Shown here one piece after another: positions 29,598-38,799 of a stretch of 64,000 bases of DNA; positions within the stretch are counted from its first letter, which is position 1; every line of letters starts with the position of its first letter. The position numbers and the translations under genes were made by a program. The stretch is from an uncultured delta proteobacterium (GTDB lineage: Bacteria; Myxococcota_A; Polyangia; Polyangiales; Polyangiaceae): assembly GCA_963806225.1 (NCBI GenBank), contig CAWDXG010000004.1, positions 800,001-864,000 on the forward strand, written 5' to 3'. The notes under the pieces were generated by a model. That model saw nothing but the letters and a program-made list of their open reading frames with translations. It did not search any database and was not told the origin of the DNA.

Positions 29598-30820
29598 CGG
29601 TTGTCCCCGGCCTGCACCGGATCGCCGAAGTGGCCCGCAGCGCCCGTCTGGCGCAGCGGCGCGCCGCCGGGCAGCTCCGGGATCTCGACCGCCGTCGTGT
29701 CCAGCGCCGGCGCCTCCGGTCCGCTATGGGTGCGTACCAACCATGTCACGACGCCGGCGAAGAGCGAAAGCGCCACGACGATGATCACGCCCGTGCGCCT
29801 CGACACCTCGCGCTCTGCGCCCGCACGCTCGACGAGCGCGATGGTGTCGGCGCGCGGCTTGTCCGGCTTCCCGGAGCTCTTCGCCGAAGCGGGCTCGCTG
29901 TCGCGCGAGCTGCTCCGGGCCTTGCCCGTGGCTGGCGCATCCGACGACGCGGCCGCCGCGGCAGAGTCCAGCTTGCCGGCGGAGCGCGGGCGCGGCGCCG
30001 CGGCGTCCGCCGGAGCGAAAGGCTCCAGCTCGTGCAGCACGTCGTCGGCGGTCGCGGGTCGATCGTCCCGCGACTTCTCCAGCATCTCGAACAAGAGCCG
30101 TTCCACGCCGCGCGGCAACCCGCGCCGCACGTCGTCCGGCAGCGGCGGGGGCGCCTCCGTGCACTGCTTGTTCAGAAGCTCGCGCGGCGAAGCCGACTCG
30201 AAGGGCGGCTTGCCGGCCAGCATCTCGTACAGCACCAGCCCCAGGCAGTAGAGATCGGAGCGGCCATCGATGTTGCCCGCGTCGATCTGCTCGGGGCTCA
30301 TGTACTGCAGAGTGCCCACGCTCTGCGTCGTCGTGCGCGACAGCTCCTGCAGCACCTTGGCGATGCCGAAGTCCATCACCTTCACGCTGCCGTCACCCAG
30401 GATCATCACGTTCTCTGGCTTGAGATCACGGTGCACGATCGGCGGGTCCTGCCGGTGCGCCGCGGCCAGAGCCGAGGCGATCTGTGCGGCGATGCCCACG
30501 GCCGAGGTCCATTCGAGCGGCCCGTCGGCGGTGAGCTGGTCGCGCAGCGTGCGCCCCTCGAGAAACTCGAGCGCCATCACCAGCTGCTCGTCCACCTCGC
30601 TGCAAGACAGGCAGCGCACCACGTTCGGGTGGTCGAGGTGCGCCAGGATGGTCATCTCGTTCAGGAACAGCCGCCGCCCCCGTTCCGAGCGCGCCAGCTC
30701 CTGGCGCAGCACCTTCAGGGCCACGCGCCGGTGCGAGAGGCGCTCCTCGGCCTCGTACACCTTGCCCATGCCCCCCTCGCCCACCAGCCGCCGGATCAGG
30801 TACTCGCCGAGTCGCTCCAT
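29594..30820 (-). CDS. Ser/Thr protein kinase with a C-terminal TM helix
   Basis: GEGGMGKVY, VALK, HRDLKPEN, DFG, GTLQYMSPEQ; TM helix GVIIVVALSLFAGVVTWLV. Confidence 0.95.
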   Translation of the reverse strand: MERLGEYLIRRLVGEGGMGKVYEAEERLSHRRVALKVLRQELARSERGRRLFLNEMTILAHLDHPNVVRCLSCSEVDEQLVMALEFLEGRTLRDQLTADGPLEWTSAVGIAAQIASALAAAHRQDPPIVHRDLKPENVMILGDGSVKVMDFGIAKVLQELSRTTTQSVGTLQYMSPEQIDAGNIDGRSDLYCLGLVLYEMLAGKPPFESASPRELLNKQCTEAPPPLPDDVRRGLPRGVERLLFEMLEKSRDDRPATADDVLHELEPFAPADAAAPRPRSAGKLDSAAAAASSDAPATGKARSSSRDSEPASAKSSGKPDKPRADTIALVERAGAEREVSRRTGVIIVVALSLFAGVVTWLVRTHSGPEAPALDTTAVEIPELPGGAPLRQTGAAGHFGDPVQAGDNR

Positions 30821-30979
30821 GCCCCACCTTCTACGGTCGAGCGCCGGAAAGGACTTCCCGGCGCGTGATCGAGCCCGGAGACGCCGGACTTTCCGGGGCT
30901 TTCGCGCTCCCCGTACCCGGCAGCCGCGCGCCCCTGGCTCACAACAGCCCGACGCGAGTCTGATATAGATAGAGGGCCT

Positions 30980-31969
30980 ATGCGACGTTTTCTCGTGGGT
31001 CTGGGGTGCTCGGTCGTCGTCGTAGCAGCGGCACTGGCCGGATGTGGTTCGGGAAATTCGTCGAACGGCGCGGCGGGCTCGGGTGGCGCCAGCGGCGGCT
31101 CCGGAGGCGGCGCGGGCGGCACCGGCCAGGACGGCGGCGGCGGAAGCGGCGGCGTCCCCAGCCCGTTCGAGCAGTTCGCCAAGCTCGCGGACGCAGCCAC
31201 CGGCGTCGCCTTCGGCAAGGACAACAACGGCGACACCGTGCTCTACGTGAGCCTCGGCGCCTCGGACCAGGTCGTGAAGGTCACCGCCCAGGGCGCGGTC
31301 GGCACGGTCGCCAGCGTCCCCGCCGCGGCCGGCATCGCGCTCGAGGCCAACGGCGATCTGCTGGTGTGCGGCCATGCCCCGGGCGGAACCAACGGCGTGC
31401 TCTGGAACGTGAAGCCCGACGGCAGCAAGACCTCGTTCGTCACCGACTCGACCTTCGACACGCTGCTCGCGGTCGCCGTTGCCCCCGACGATCGCGTCGT
31501 GTTCTCCGACGCGACCAAGGTCTACGGCGTGGACTCCGCCGGCAGCGTCGGCAGCATCATCATCATCACCGGACAGGCCACCGACCCCACCGCGCTCGCC
31601 TTCTCCAAGGACGGCACCGAGCTGTACGTCGGCTCGGGCGACACCGGCGACATCTCGTCGGTCCCGCGCAGCCCGGCGATCGGCAACTACAGCAACAACG
31701 TCACCAAGCTGTCGAGCGGGCTCGGCGGCCTCAGCGCGCTGGTCGTGCTGGAGAGCACGGATCTGGTCGCGCTGTCGAGCGGCGGCGTGTACCAGATGAA
31801 ACGAGACGGCAGCGGCCGCACCAACCTGGCCTCTCCCGCCGGGCTCACCGCGCCAGTTGGCGCCGCGCGCGGCATCGACAATTTTGGCGACTACCTGTAC
31901 CTCGGCAACGGCAAGTCGGTGGTGCGCCTGCCCTTCAGCGACGTGGCGCTCTCGTTGCCTGTGCGCTAG
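30980..31969 (+). CDS. Lipoprotein with a beta-propeller (SMP-30/gluconolactonase/NHL-like)
   Basis: Lipobox LAGC; Gly/Ser linker; repeated GVAF/GIAL/ALAF..DG..LYV blades. Confidence 0.75.
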   Translation: MRRFLVGLGCSVVVVAAALAGCGSGNSSNGAAGSGGASGGSGGGAGGTGQDGGGGSGGVPSPFEQFAKLADAATGVAFGKDNNGDTVLYVSLGASDQVVKVTAQGAVGTVASVPAAAGIALEANGDLLVCGHAPGGTNGVLWNVKPDGSKTSFVTDSTFDTLLAVAVAPDDRVVFSDATKVYGVDSAGSVGSIIIITGQATDPTALAFSKDGTELYVGSGDTGDISSVPRSPAIGNYSNNVTKLSSGLGGLSALVVLESTDLVALSSGGVYQMKRDGSGRTNLASPAGLTAPVGAARGIDNFGDYLYLGNGKSVVRLPFSDVALSLPVR

Positions 31970-32032
31970 CACCACTGCCGCGCATGTTGCTGGAGGGACG
32001 CCCGCAGATCCGGGTCATCGAGCCGGCTCCGT

Positions 32033-32710
32033 TCAGCAAGCCGGATTACCAGTGCACTTGTGGTCCGCACACTTGCAACCGCGCTGCTCGCAGAAGTTCG
32101 TTTCCCAGACCGTACAGCCCTTTCCCTCCGAGCCGCAGCCGAGGCCACCGGAACAGTGGTGGTCGACGCACGCGCACGCGTAATTCCCGCAGTTCGCGGT
32201 CTCCTTCGCGGTGCAACCCGTCCCGGCGCAGCCGCTGCCGCCCGAGCATGCGTGATCGACGCAGGCGCAGCCGCAAGCGAGGCAATCGTCGGTTTCCTGA
32301 ACGGAGCAGCCAGTGCCGTCGCACCCAACGCCGCCGCTGCACGCCGAGTCCGCGCACAGGCAACCGAACTTGCCACAGTTGCTTGTCGTCTGGTTGTCGC
32401 AGCCGCTGTTCTGCGTGAACGGACACTGAGTTGCGTCGGGCGCGGCGTCGGGTGCGGCACCCGCGCCTCCGGCTCCCGCCCCGGATCCCCCCGCGGCGGC
32501 ATCCGCGTCGCCGACGCCGGCGTCCACAGCGCCCGAGCCGCCGATGCTGCCACCCGTTCCCGCGGACGACCCGGAAGCGCCTCCGCTTGCGCCGCCGGCG
32601 ACCGCGCCCGGTCCCGAATAGCCGTCGAGAGAGTCGACGACGCTGCAACCGGCTACGCCGACGACAAGGACAAGCATCAGCCGAGCGACGCCGCGGCGTC
32701 CAGTTCCCAC
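32033..32710 (-). CDS. Cys-rich repeat lipoprotein (3 full and 1 partial copy of a 30-33 aa six-Cys repeat)
   Basis: Lipobox VAGC; G/S/A linker; repeats such as CACVDHACSGGSGCAGTGCTAKETAN, homologous to those in 35963..37237 and 37237..38799. Confidence 0.85.
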   Translation of the reverse strand: MGTGRRGVARLMLVLVVGVAGCSVVDSLDGYSGPGAVAGGASGGASGSSAGTGGSIGGSGAVDAGVGDADAAAGGSGAGAGGAGAAPDAAPDATQCPFTQNSGCDNQTTSNCGKFGCLCADSACSGGVGCDGTGCSVQETDDCLACGCACVDHACSGGSGCAGTGCTAKETANCGNYACACVDHHCSGGLGCGSEGKGCTVWETNFCEQRGCKCADHKCTGNPAC

Positions 32711-32759
32711 GCGAGCTAGGGTAACACGCGCACCACGCGGTCGCTACGCAGCACCACCT

Positions 32760-34364
32760 TCAATGCAGACACTGGAGCTTGGGCACCTTCACGCCGTCCT
32801 TGTCGAGGTAGTACGGCGTGCGGCATTCGGTCGACTTCGCCGAGGGAGCGGCGGACGGCGGCGGCGTGCGGTGCGTTCGGGTCGCGTGCTTCGTCGCGAC
32901 GGGATGCGGAGGCGCGGCCCCTCGAGCAGGGGGAGCGCTCGAGTCGGCGCCCGCCTCGCGCTCGCCGGACCCGGGCGCTGCGACTGGAACCGACACGCCG
33001 GAAGCCGACGCCGCGGCGGGACGAGCCGCGCTCGCCGCGAACACCGGCGACGGGGCAACAGCCCGCGGCGACGGCGTGCGCCGCGCCAGCACAGCAGTCG
33101 CCACTATCGCCATGAAGACCAGCAGAGCTCCCGAGCTCGCCAGCGCGACCAGCTTGATGCGCGCGGAGACGCCGTCCCGACGCCCGCCCCCCTCGTCGGA
33201 GCGCTGCAGTCGGACCGTCTCCGCGTCCGCCGAGGTGACGACCGTCTCCAGCGCGGGCGCCGGCGCCCTGGCGGGCGGCAGGCTCACGGGCCCGGTGTAG
33301 GAAGCCGTCACGTCCGCCGGCGGCGCGGACCGGGCTCTGCTCCCATCGACTGCCGGCTCGGGACGGGAAGCCGGCGCCTCCGGTTCCCGCTCCGGGGAAT
33401 TCCCGGGCACGTAGCCCTCGACCTCGGTCACGAGCGCCGCTCCTTCAGCGAGCTGACGCGCGCCGATGCGCGCCACCCACGCCGCCACCTCGCGCACCGG
33501 AGCGCGAGGCGCCGCCGCCTCCAGGGCGGCCGCCATGGCGGCGGCGGTGGCGAAGCGATCGCCCGGCAGGAGGGAGAGAGCGCGCATGGCGACCGCATCG
33601 AGCGCTTCGGGGACGGCCGGCTGCACACTGCGCGGTGTGCGGTACGCGCCGTCTGCCACCTGGCGCAGCACGGCTAGCTCGTCTTCCCCGTCGAACAGCC
33701 GCTCGCCAACCAGCCCCTCCCAGAGCACGGCGCCGGCTCCGAACACGTCGGTCCGCCGGTCCACCGGGCGCCGCCGCACCTGCTCCGGCGCCATGTAGCA
33801 AAGCTTCCCCTTCAGCTCTCCGGTGCGGGTGTGCTGCAGACGCTCGGTCGCCAGCGCGATCCCGAAGTCGACCATGCGCGCCGCGCCGTCGCTGCCGACC
33901 AGGATGTTCTGGGGCGACACGTCGCGGTGCACGACCGACAGCGGCTCGCCGGATTCGCTCACCGCCTCGTGGGCGGCGTGCAGGCCGGCGAGGACATCGC
34001 ACATCAAACAACTCAGGACGGACACCGGCACCCGTTCCTGCCGCTCGCGCGCAAGGCGGAGGAGCTGGCTCAACGCCAGACCCGGAATGTACTCGAGCAC
34101 CAGCAAGAGCTCGCCGGGCGCCGATATCACCTCGAAGATGGGCACGACGTTCGGGTGGCGGACGCGCGAGACCAGGCGGGCCTCGTCGATCAGCATCGCC
34201 TCGAACGACGGATCCGAAAGCAGGTCGCGGTGTAGCCTCTTGATCGCGAAGATCCGCGAGAAGCCGGCGGGTCCGATCAATCGCGCGAGATGGACGCTGG
34301 CGCTGCCGCCCCGCGCGAAGGCGTCGAACACCAGATAGCGATCGATACGGGTGGGCGCGCTCAT
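32760..34364 (-). CDS. Membrane Ser/Thr protein kinase
   Basis: ARGGSASV, FAIK, HRDVSPQN, DFG, GKLCYMAPEQ; TM helix; C-terminal CRTPYYLDKDGVKVPKLQC. Confidence 0.93.
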   Translation of the reverse strand: MSAPTRIDRYLVFDAFARGGSASVHLARLIGPAGFSRIFAIKRLHRDLLSDPSFEAMLIDEARLVSRVRHPNVVPIFEVISAPGELLLVLEYIPGLALSQLLRLARERQERVPVSVLSCLMCDVLAGLHAAHEAVSESGEPLSVVHRDVSPQNILVGSDGAARMVDFGIALATERLQHTRTGELKGKLCYMAPEQVRRRPVDRRTDVFGAGAVLWEGLVGERLFDGEDELAVLRQVADGAYRTPRSVQPAVPEALDAVAMRALSLLPGDRFATAAAMAAALEAAAPRAPVREVAAWVARIGARQLAEGAALVTEVEGYVPGNSPEREPEAPASRPEPAVDGSRARSAPPADVTASYTGPVSLPPARAPAPALETVVTSADAETVRLQRSDEGGGRRDGVSARIKLVALASSGALLVFMAIVATAVLARRTPSPRAVAPSPVFAASAARPAAASASGVSVPVAAPGSGEREAGADSSAPPARGAAPPHPVATKHATRTHRTPPPSAAPSAKSTECRTPYYLDKDGVKVPKLQCLH

Positions 34365-34380
34365 CGCTACGCGATCCCCT

Positions 34381-35706
34381 CTAGCGCTTCCGGAATGTTT
34401 CGGGATCGATGCCGAGCCTGCGCAGCGCCTGGTACAGCGCCGGGCGGCCGAAGCCCAGGTCGCGCGCAACCTGCGTGACGTTCCCTTCCCTGAGCAGGAG
34501 CGCTGTCTCGAGCCGCGCCCTCAGCGCCACATCCTCGACATCTGCGGCAGGTTGCGCCGGCGCTGTGCGGTCGACGACCTCCACGCTCGAGGGCAGCTGC
34601 TCGACCCCGATGCGCGGCGCACCTTGCGTCAGCGCTCGCGTGGCGGCGGCCTTCACCACGTTCCTGAGCTCGCGCACGTTGCCCGGCCAGCTCCACCCCA
34701 TCAGTCGCTCCATCGCTTCCACCGAGAAGTCGCCGCCGGCCGGGCCCAGGAAGAACCGGGCGAGCAGCGGCACGTCCTCGCGGCGGTCGCGCAGCGGCGC
34801 GATGCGAACGCGCCACGCGGCGACCCGGTGCAGCAGGTCGACGCGGAAGCGTCCCTCGGCGACCAGCTCGTCGAGGCTCAGGTTCGTCGCTGCGATCACG
34901 CGCACGTCGACGTGGTGGACCGCATCGTCGCCGACCGCCCGCACCTCGCCTCCCTCGAGCGCGCGCAGCAACTTGGCCTGGGCGGGCGCCGGCAGGTCGC
35001 CGATCTCGTCGAGCAGCAGTGTGCCGCCATCCGCCGCGCGGAACAGCCCCTGGCGCGCACCCTCCGAGCCGGAGAACGCGCCTCGCCGGTATCCGAACAG
35101 TTCTGCCTCCACGAGCTCGGTGGGTATTGCGGCGCAGTTGACCGGGACGTACTCGCCGCGTCGCCCGCTGGCCCGGTGCAGGGCTTCGGCAACCCGCTCC
35201 TTGCCGGTGCCGGTTTCACCTTCGATGAGCACCGGATCCGTCAGCGGGGCGATGCTCTCGACGAGTTGCTGCACGGCTTTCATCCGGGGTCCGCCCACAA
35301 GCAGTCCCTGGGTCTGGCTCCAGACGCCAGCAAACTGGTCGATGTCGTCGCTCACCCAGAGCAGCGTCTTGCCGCAGCGGATCGTGGAGCCCGCGCGCGC
35401 GAGAAGTCGGGGCCTGTCGATGCGCACGCCGTTGACGAACGTGCCGTTGCGGCTGCCGGCGTCCGTGACGAGGACGCCGCCACCCACCGGCTCGAGCTCG
35501 GCGTGGATGCGGGAGGCCTGGCCGTCGTCCAGGGTCAGGTCCGCGGCAGCGTCACGCCCGACCCGGACGATTTCTGCGACCAGCATCGCCGGGGGCAGCC
35601 CGGCCGGATCGGCGTGGCCCTCGCAGAAGACCGGAGTCACCCCGGGCACTCGCGGGGCCCGGGCACCGGGGAGGTCCTCGCGACGTGTCTCGGTCACATC
35701 CCGCAC
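34381..35706 (-). CDS. FHA-domain sigma54-dependent enhancer-binding protein (FHA - AAA+ - Fis-type HTH)
   Basis: FHA (VGR...SRIHA...SRNGTFVNG); GETGTGKE; ELFGYRRGAFSGS; LLLDEIGD; WPGNVREL; C-terminal HTH. Confidence 0.93.
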   Translation of the reverse strand: MRDVTETRREDLPGARAPRVPGVTPVFCEGHADPAGLPPAMLVAEIVRVGRDAAADLTLDDGQASRIHAELEPVGGGVLVTDAGSRNGTFVNGVRIDRPRLLARAGSTIRCGKTLLWVSDDIDQFAGVWSQTQGLLVGGPRMKAVQQLVESIAPLTDPVLIEGETGTGKERVAEALHRASGRRGEYVPVNCAAIPTELVEAELFGYRRGAFSGSEGARQGLFRAADGGTLLLDEIGDLPAPAQAKLLRALEGGEVRAVGDDAVHHVDVRVIAATNLSLDELVAEGRFRVDLLHRVAAWRVRIAPLRDRREDVPLLARFFLGPAGGDFSVEAMERLMGWSWPGNVRELRNVVKAAATRALTQGAPRIGVEQLPSSVEVVDRTAPAQPAADVEDVALRARLETALLLREGNVTQVARDLGFGRPALYQALRRLGIDPETFRKR

Positions 35707-35932
35707 GGTCTCGGACCAGTCTATCCCGACCCCAGCGGCCTGTCATCGCGGCCGGCGCGCCGAACACGGCAAACGCCGATCCGCGCAGGTTCCGTGCTGT
35801 GTCGGTCGATCCGGGTGTATCGCGAACAGTGTCCGGTCACGCCGTGCCCGAAGCTCCGGCCGATCCGCACGATCGACCGATCATGCCCACCCCACGCGAG
35901 CTCGCGTCGGCCGGATTTCCGGTGGATCGCGG

Positions 35933-35949
35933 GCGGCATGTCTCGTGCA
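35933..35949 (+). promoter_or_regulatory. Sigma54 (-24/-12) promoter for the hydrolase genes
   Basis: GCGGCATGTCTCGTGCA, i.e. GG(35935-6)-N10-GC(35947-8), 14 nt before ATG 35963 and divergent from a sigma54 activator gene. Confidence 0.65.
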
Positions 35950-35962
35950 GTGCAGGCGGACG

Positions 35963-37237
35963 ATGCGACGTCTTGCCTGCCTCCTCGCCGCAGCCGTCCT
36001 GCTTCTGGCTTCGTCGGCCGCACGGGCTGTGACCCGCTGCGAGGTGCTCGCCCGCGCCCAGAAGTGGGTCGCTGCCCAGGTCCCGTACTCCTGGAACGCC
36101 TGGTACACCGACCCGACCACCGGCGTCTGCTGCTACCGCAGCGACTGCTCCGGATTCGTCTCGGCCGTGTGGGGACGCCCTGCGCCGGGCAACACGACCT
36201 ACAGCTTCGCCGGAGGACCCTGGGACGACGGATCGACCTACGTCATCGCCGCCTCGGACCTGCAGCCTGGCGACGCGCTGAACCACCCGGGCGATCCCAA
36301 CGCCGGCACGGGGCACGTGATGCTGTACGTTTCCGGCGACTTCAAGTCGGGTTGGGTCGAGGTCTACGAAGAGTACGGACACGGTCACCCGGCCGTGCAC
36401 CGCTGGCGCTCGATCGATCCCAGCATCTACCTGCCCATCCGCTACAAGAACATCGAGCCCTGCGAGGACTGCAACGCCGCCTGCGGCCACTACGGCTGCC
36501 AGTGCGTCGACGGGCAGTGCAGCGGCGGCTTCTGTCCCGGCACCGGCTGCACTGCCAAGGAAACCCAGGACTGCGGCAACTTCGGCTGCAACTGCGTCGA
36601 TCACCAGTGCAACGGCGGCTACTGCGCCGGCAGCGGCTGCACCGCCAAGGAGATCAACGACTGCTCCAAGTTCGGCTGCCAGTGCGTCGACCACCAGTGC
36701 TCCGGCGGCTACTGCCCCGACACCGGCTGCACCGCCAAGGAGATCAACGACTGTTCCAAGTTCGCCTGCGATTGCGTCGATCACCAGTGCTCGGGTGGCT
36801 ACGGCTGCGGCAGCAAGGGCACCGGCTGCACCGCCAAGGAAACCACCGACTGCCAGAAGTCCGGTTGCAACTGCTACGACCACAAGTGCACGGGAGGTTC
36901 CTGCTCGCCGCCGCCCTCCGGCAGTGCAGGGGCCAGCGCGGGCGGCGCGACCGGTGACGCCGCCGTCCAGCCCCCGGGCGATCAAACCGACGCCGGAGCA
37001 AGCGGCGCTGCCGGCGCGCCGTGGAGCCCGGGTCGGCACGCACGCGGCGCCGGCGGGGCGGGCGACGCGGACGCCGGGCCGCTGCCGTCGCGCGGCGAAG
37101 CCATCCCGGGCGACGGAACGGGCTGCTCGCTTGCGGGACGACCTGCGCGCCGTCCGACCGCCGCCATGCTTCTGCTCGGTGTCGCCGCGTTCGTCCGGCG
37201 CCGCCGAAAGACGCGCAGACTACGAAAGGAAAGCTGA
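35963..37237 (+). CDS. Secreted NlpC/P60-like peptidoglycan hydrolase + Cys-rich repeats + MYXO-CTERM-like tail
   Basis: Signal peptide; ARAQKWV...PYS...YRSDCSGFVS...LQPGDAL...GHVML; 4 full and 1 partial Cys repeat; tail GCSL...MLLLGVAAFVRRRRK. Confidence 0.82.
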   Translation: MRRLACLLAAAVLLLASSAARAVTRCEVLARAQKWVAAQVPYSWNAWYTDPTTGVCCYRSDCSGFVSAVWGRPAPGNTTYSFAGGPWDDGSTYVIAASDLQPGDALNHPGDPNAGTGHVMLYVSGDFKSGWVEVYEEYGHGHPAVHRWRSIDPSIYLPIRYKNIEPCEDCNAACGHYGCQCVDGQCSGGFCPGTGCTAKETQDCGNFGCNCVDHQCNGGYCAGSGCTAKEINDCSKFGCQCVDHQCSGGYCPDTGCTAKEINDCSKFACDCVDHQCSGGYGCGSKGTGCTAKETTDCQKSGCNCYDHKCTGGSCSPPPSGSAGASAGGATGDAAVQPPGDQTDAGASGAAGAPWSPGRHARGAGGAGDADAGPLPSRGEAIPGDGTGCSLAGRPARRPTAAMLLLGVAAFVRRRRKTRRLRKES

Positions 37238-38408
37238 TGTCAACGTGGAAATACCTGATAGGACTGGTCGCGCTCGGCGCGCTCGCCGGCTGCAGCGCCG
37301 ACAACGGCCGGGCCGCCGGTGCCGGGCTGGAGCTCCGCACCACAGGTAGCGCGCTGACGAAGAAGTGCGGCGTCGACAAGTACAGCGGCCCGCAGGGCGC
37401 CGATGTCTCGTACTACCAGGGAAACTTCACGTGGACTGGCAGAGGCCTCACGTACGGCTACGCGCGCATCAGCGACGGGACCGGCTTTGTCGACCCGGTA
37501 TTCAACTACAACTGGAACGCGATGAAGGCCGCCGGAATCCTGCGCGGCGCCTACCAGTTCTTCGAGCCCGGGCAGGACGCGACGGCACAGGCCAACATGA
37601 TGGTAAGCGCCGTCGGTCAGCTCGGCGCCGGCGACTTGCCCTGCATGATCGACGTGGAAGCGACCGGCGGCCAGTCTCCCGCCACGATCGCGTCGAAGGT
37701 GAAGACCTGGCTCGACGTCGTGAAGGCCGGCACTGGCAAGACGCCCATCATCTACACCGGCGCATACTTCTGGGACGGCAGCGTGCAGAGCACCGCCTTC
37801 GGAAGCTACCCGCTGTGGATCGCTGCCTACGGTCCGAGCTGCCCGTCGGTCCCGAACGGCTGGAGCAACTGGACCTTCTGGCAGTACTGCGACGGCGAGA
37901 CCAAGTATTGCTCGAACGGCCAGGGTTTCGACCGCGATGTCTTCAACGGCACCGCGGACCAGCTCAAGGCCTTGGCCGGCGACGACTGCAGCACGGCGTG
38001 CGGCCACTACGGCTGCCAGTGCGTCGACGGACAATGCAACGGCGGCTTCTGTCCCGGCACCGGTTGCACCGCCAAGGAGACCAGCGACTGCGCGCATTTC
38101 GGCTGCAACTGCGTCGATCACCAGTGCAACGGCGGCTACTGCGCCGGCAGCGGCTGCACCGCCAAGGAGATCAACGACTGCTCCAAGTTCGGGTGCAACT
38201 GCGTCGACCATCAGTGCTCCGGCGGCTACTGCCCCGACACCGGCTGCACCGCCAAGGAGATCAACGACTGTTCCAAGTTCGCCTGCGACTGCGTCGATCA
38301 CCAGTGCTCGGGTGGCTACGGCTGCGGCAGCAAGGGCACCGGCTGCACCGCCAAGGAAACCACCGACTGCCAGAAGTCCGGTTGCAACTGCTACGACCAC
38401 AAGTGCAC
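36482..38408 (+). repeat. Direct repeat pair of about 410 bp (36482-36891 and 37999-38408) encoding the Cys-rich arrays; internal period about 90 bp
   Basis: Manual comparison shows a constant offset of 1517 nt and about 18 mismatches in 410 nt. Confidence 0.9.
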
Positions 38409-38799
38409 CGGCGGCGGCTGCTCGTCGCCCTCCGGCAGCGCCGGCGCAGGCAACCAGGGCGGAGCGCCGGGCAGCGCCGGCGCGGGCAGCCAGAGCGGAG
38501 CGCCGGGCAGCGCCGGCGCAGGCAACCCGGGGGGAACGCCGGGCGGCGCCGGCGGCGCTGCCGCGGAAGCGGGAACCGCCGCGGGCGGCGCTACGGGCCT
38601 CGTCGGCATCGGCGCGGCGGACAGCGGTGTTCACTACGCCGGCGGCCAGGCCACGCCTCCCGCGGCGGGCACGGGCGACTCGAGTGGCTGTTCGATAGCC
38701 GGGGGCGGACCCCATCCAGAACCTGCGCTGCCGGGGGCGATTCTGCTGCTGGGCGCGGCGCTCCTTGCGAGCCGACGCGAGCGCGGGGTCAGAAGCTAG
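37237..38799 (+). CDS. GH25 lysozyme (muramidase) lipoprotein + Cys-rich repeats + MYXO-CTERM-like tail
   Basis: Lipobox LAGC; GADVSYYQG, GAYQFF, IDVE, LWIAAY, WTFWQY, DRDVF; tail SSGCSI...AILLLGAALLASRRER. TGATG overlap with the upstream gene. Confidence 0.9.
   Translation: MSTWKYLIGLVALGALAGCSADNGRAAGAGLELRTTGSALTKKCGVDKYSGPQGADVSYYQGNFTWTGRGLTYGYARISDGTGFVDPVFNYNWNAMKAAGILRGAYQFFEPGQDATAQANMMVSAVGQLGAGDLPCMIDVEATGGQSPATIASKVKTWLDVVKAGTGKTPIIYTGAYFWDGSVQSTAFGSYPLWIAAYGPSCPSVPNGWSNWTFWQYCDGETKYCSNGQGFDRDVFNGTADQLKALAGDDCSTACGHYGCQCVDGQCNGGFCPGTGCTAKETSDCAHFGCNCVDHQCNGGYCAGSGCTAKEINDCSKFGCNCVDHQCSGGYCPDTGCTAKEINDCSKFACDCVDHQCSGGYGCGSKGTGCTAKETTDCQKSGCNCYDHKCTGGGCSSPSGSAGAGNQGGAPGSAGAGSQSGAPGSAGAGNPGGTPGGAGGAAAEAGTAAGGATGLVGIGAADSGVHYAGGQATPPAAGTGDSSGCSIAGGGPHPEPALPGAILLLGAALLASRRERGVRS

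Noticed and set aside
36482..38408. Repeats as a CRISPR array or DGR template/variable pair
   Set aside because: The repeats are in-frame coding units with no unique spacers and no cas genes; the differences are not adenine-specific; the only RT in the window is a group II intron type.
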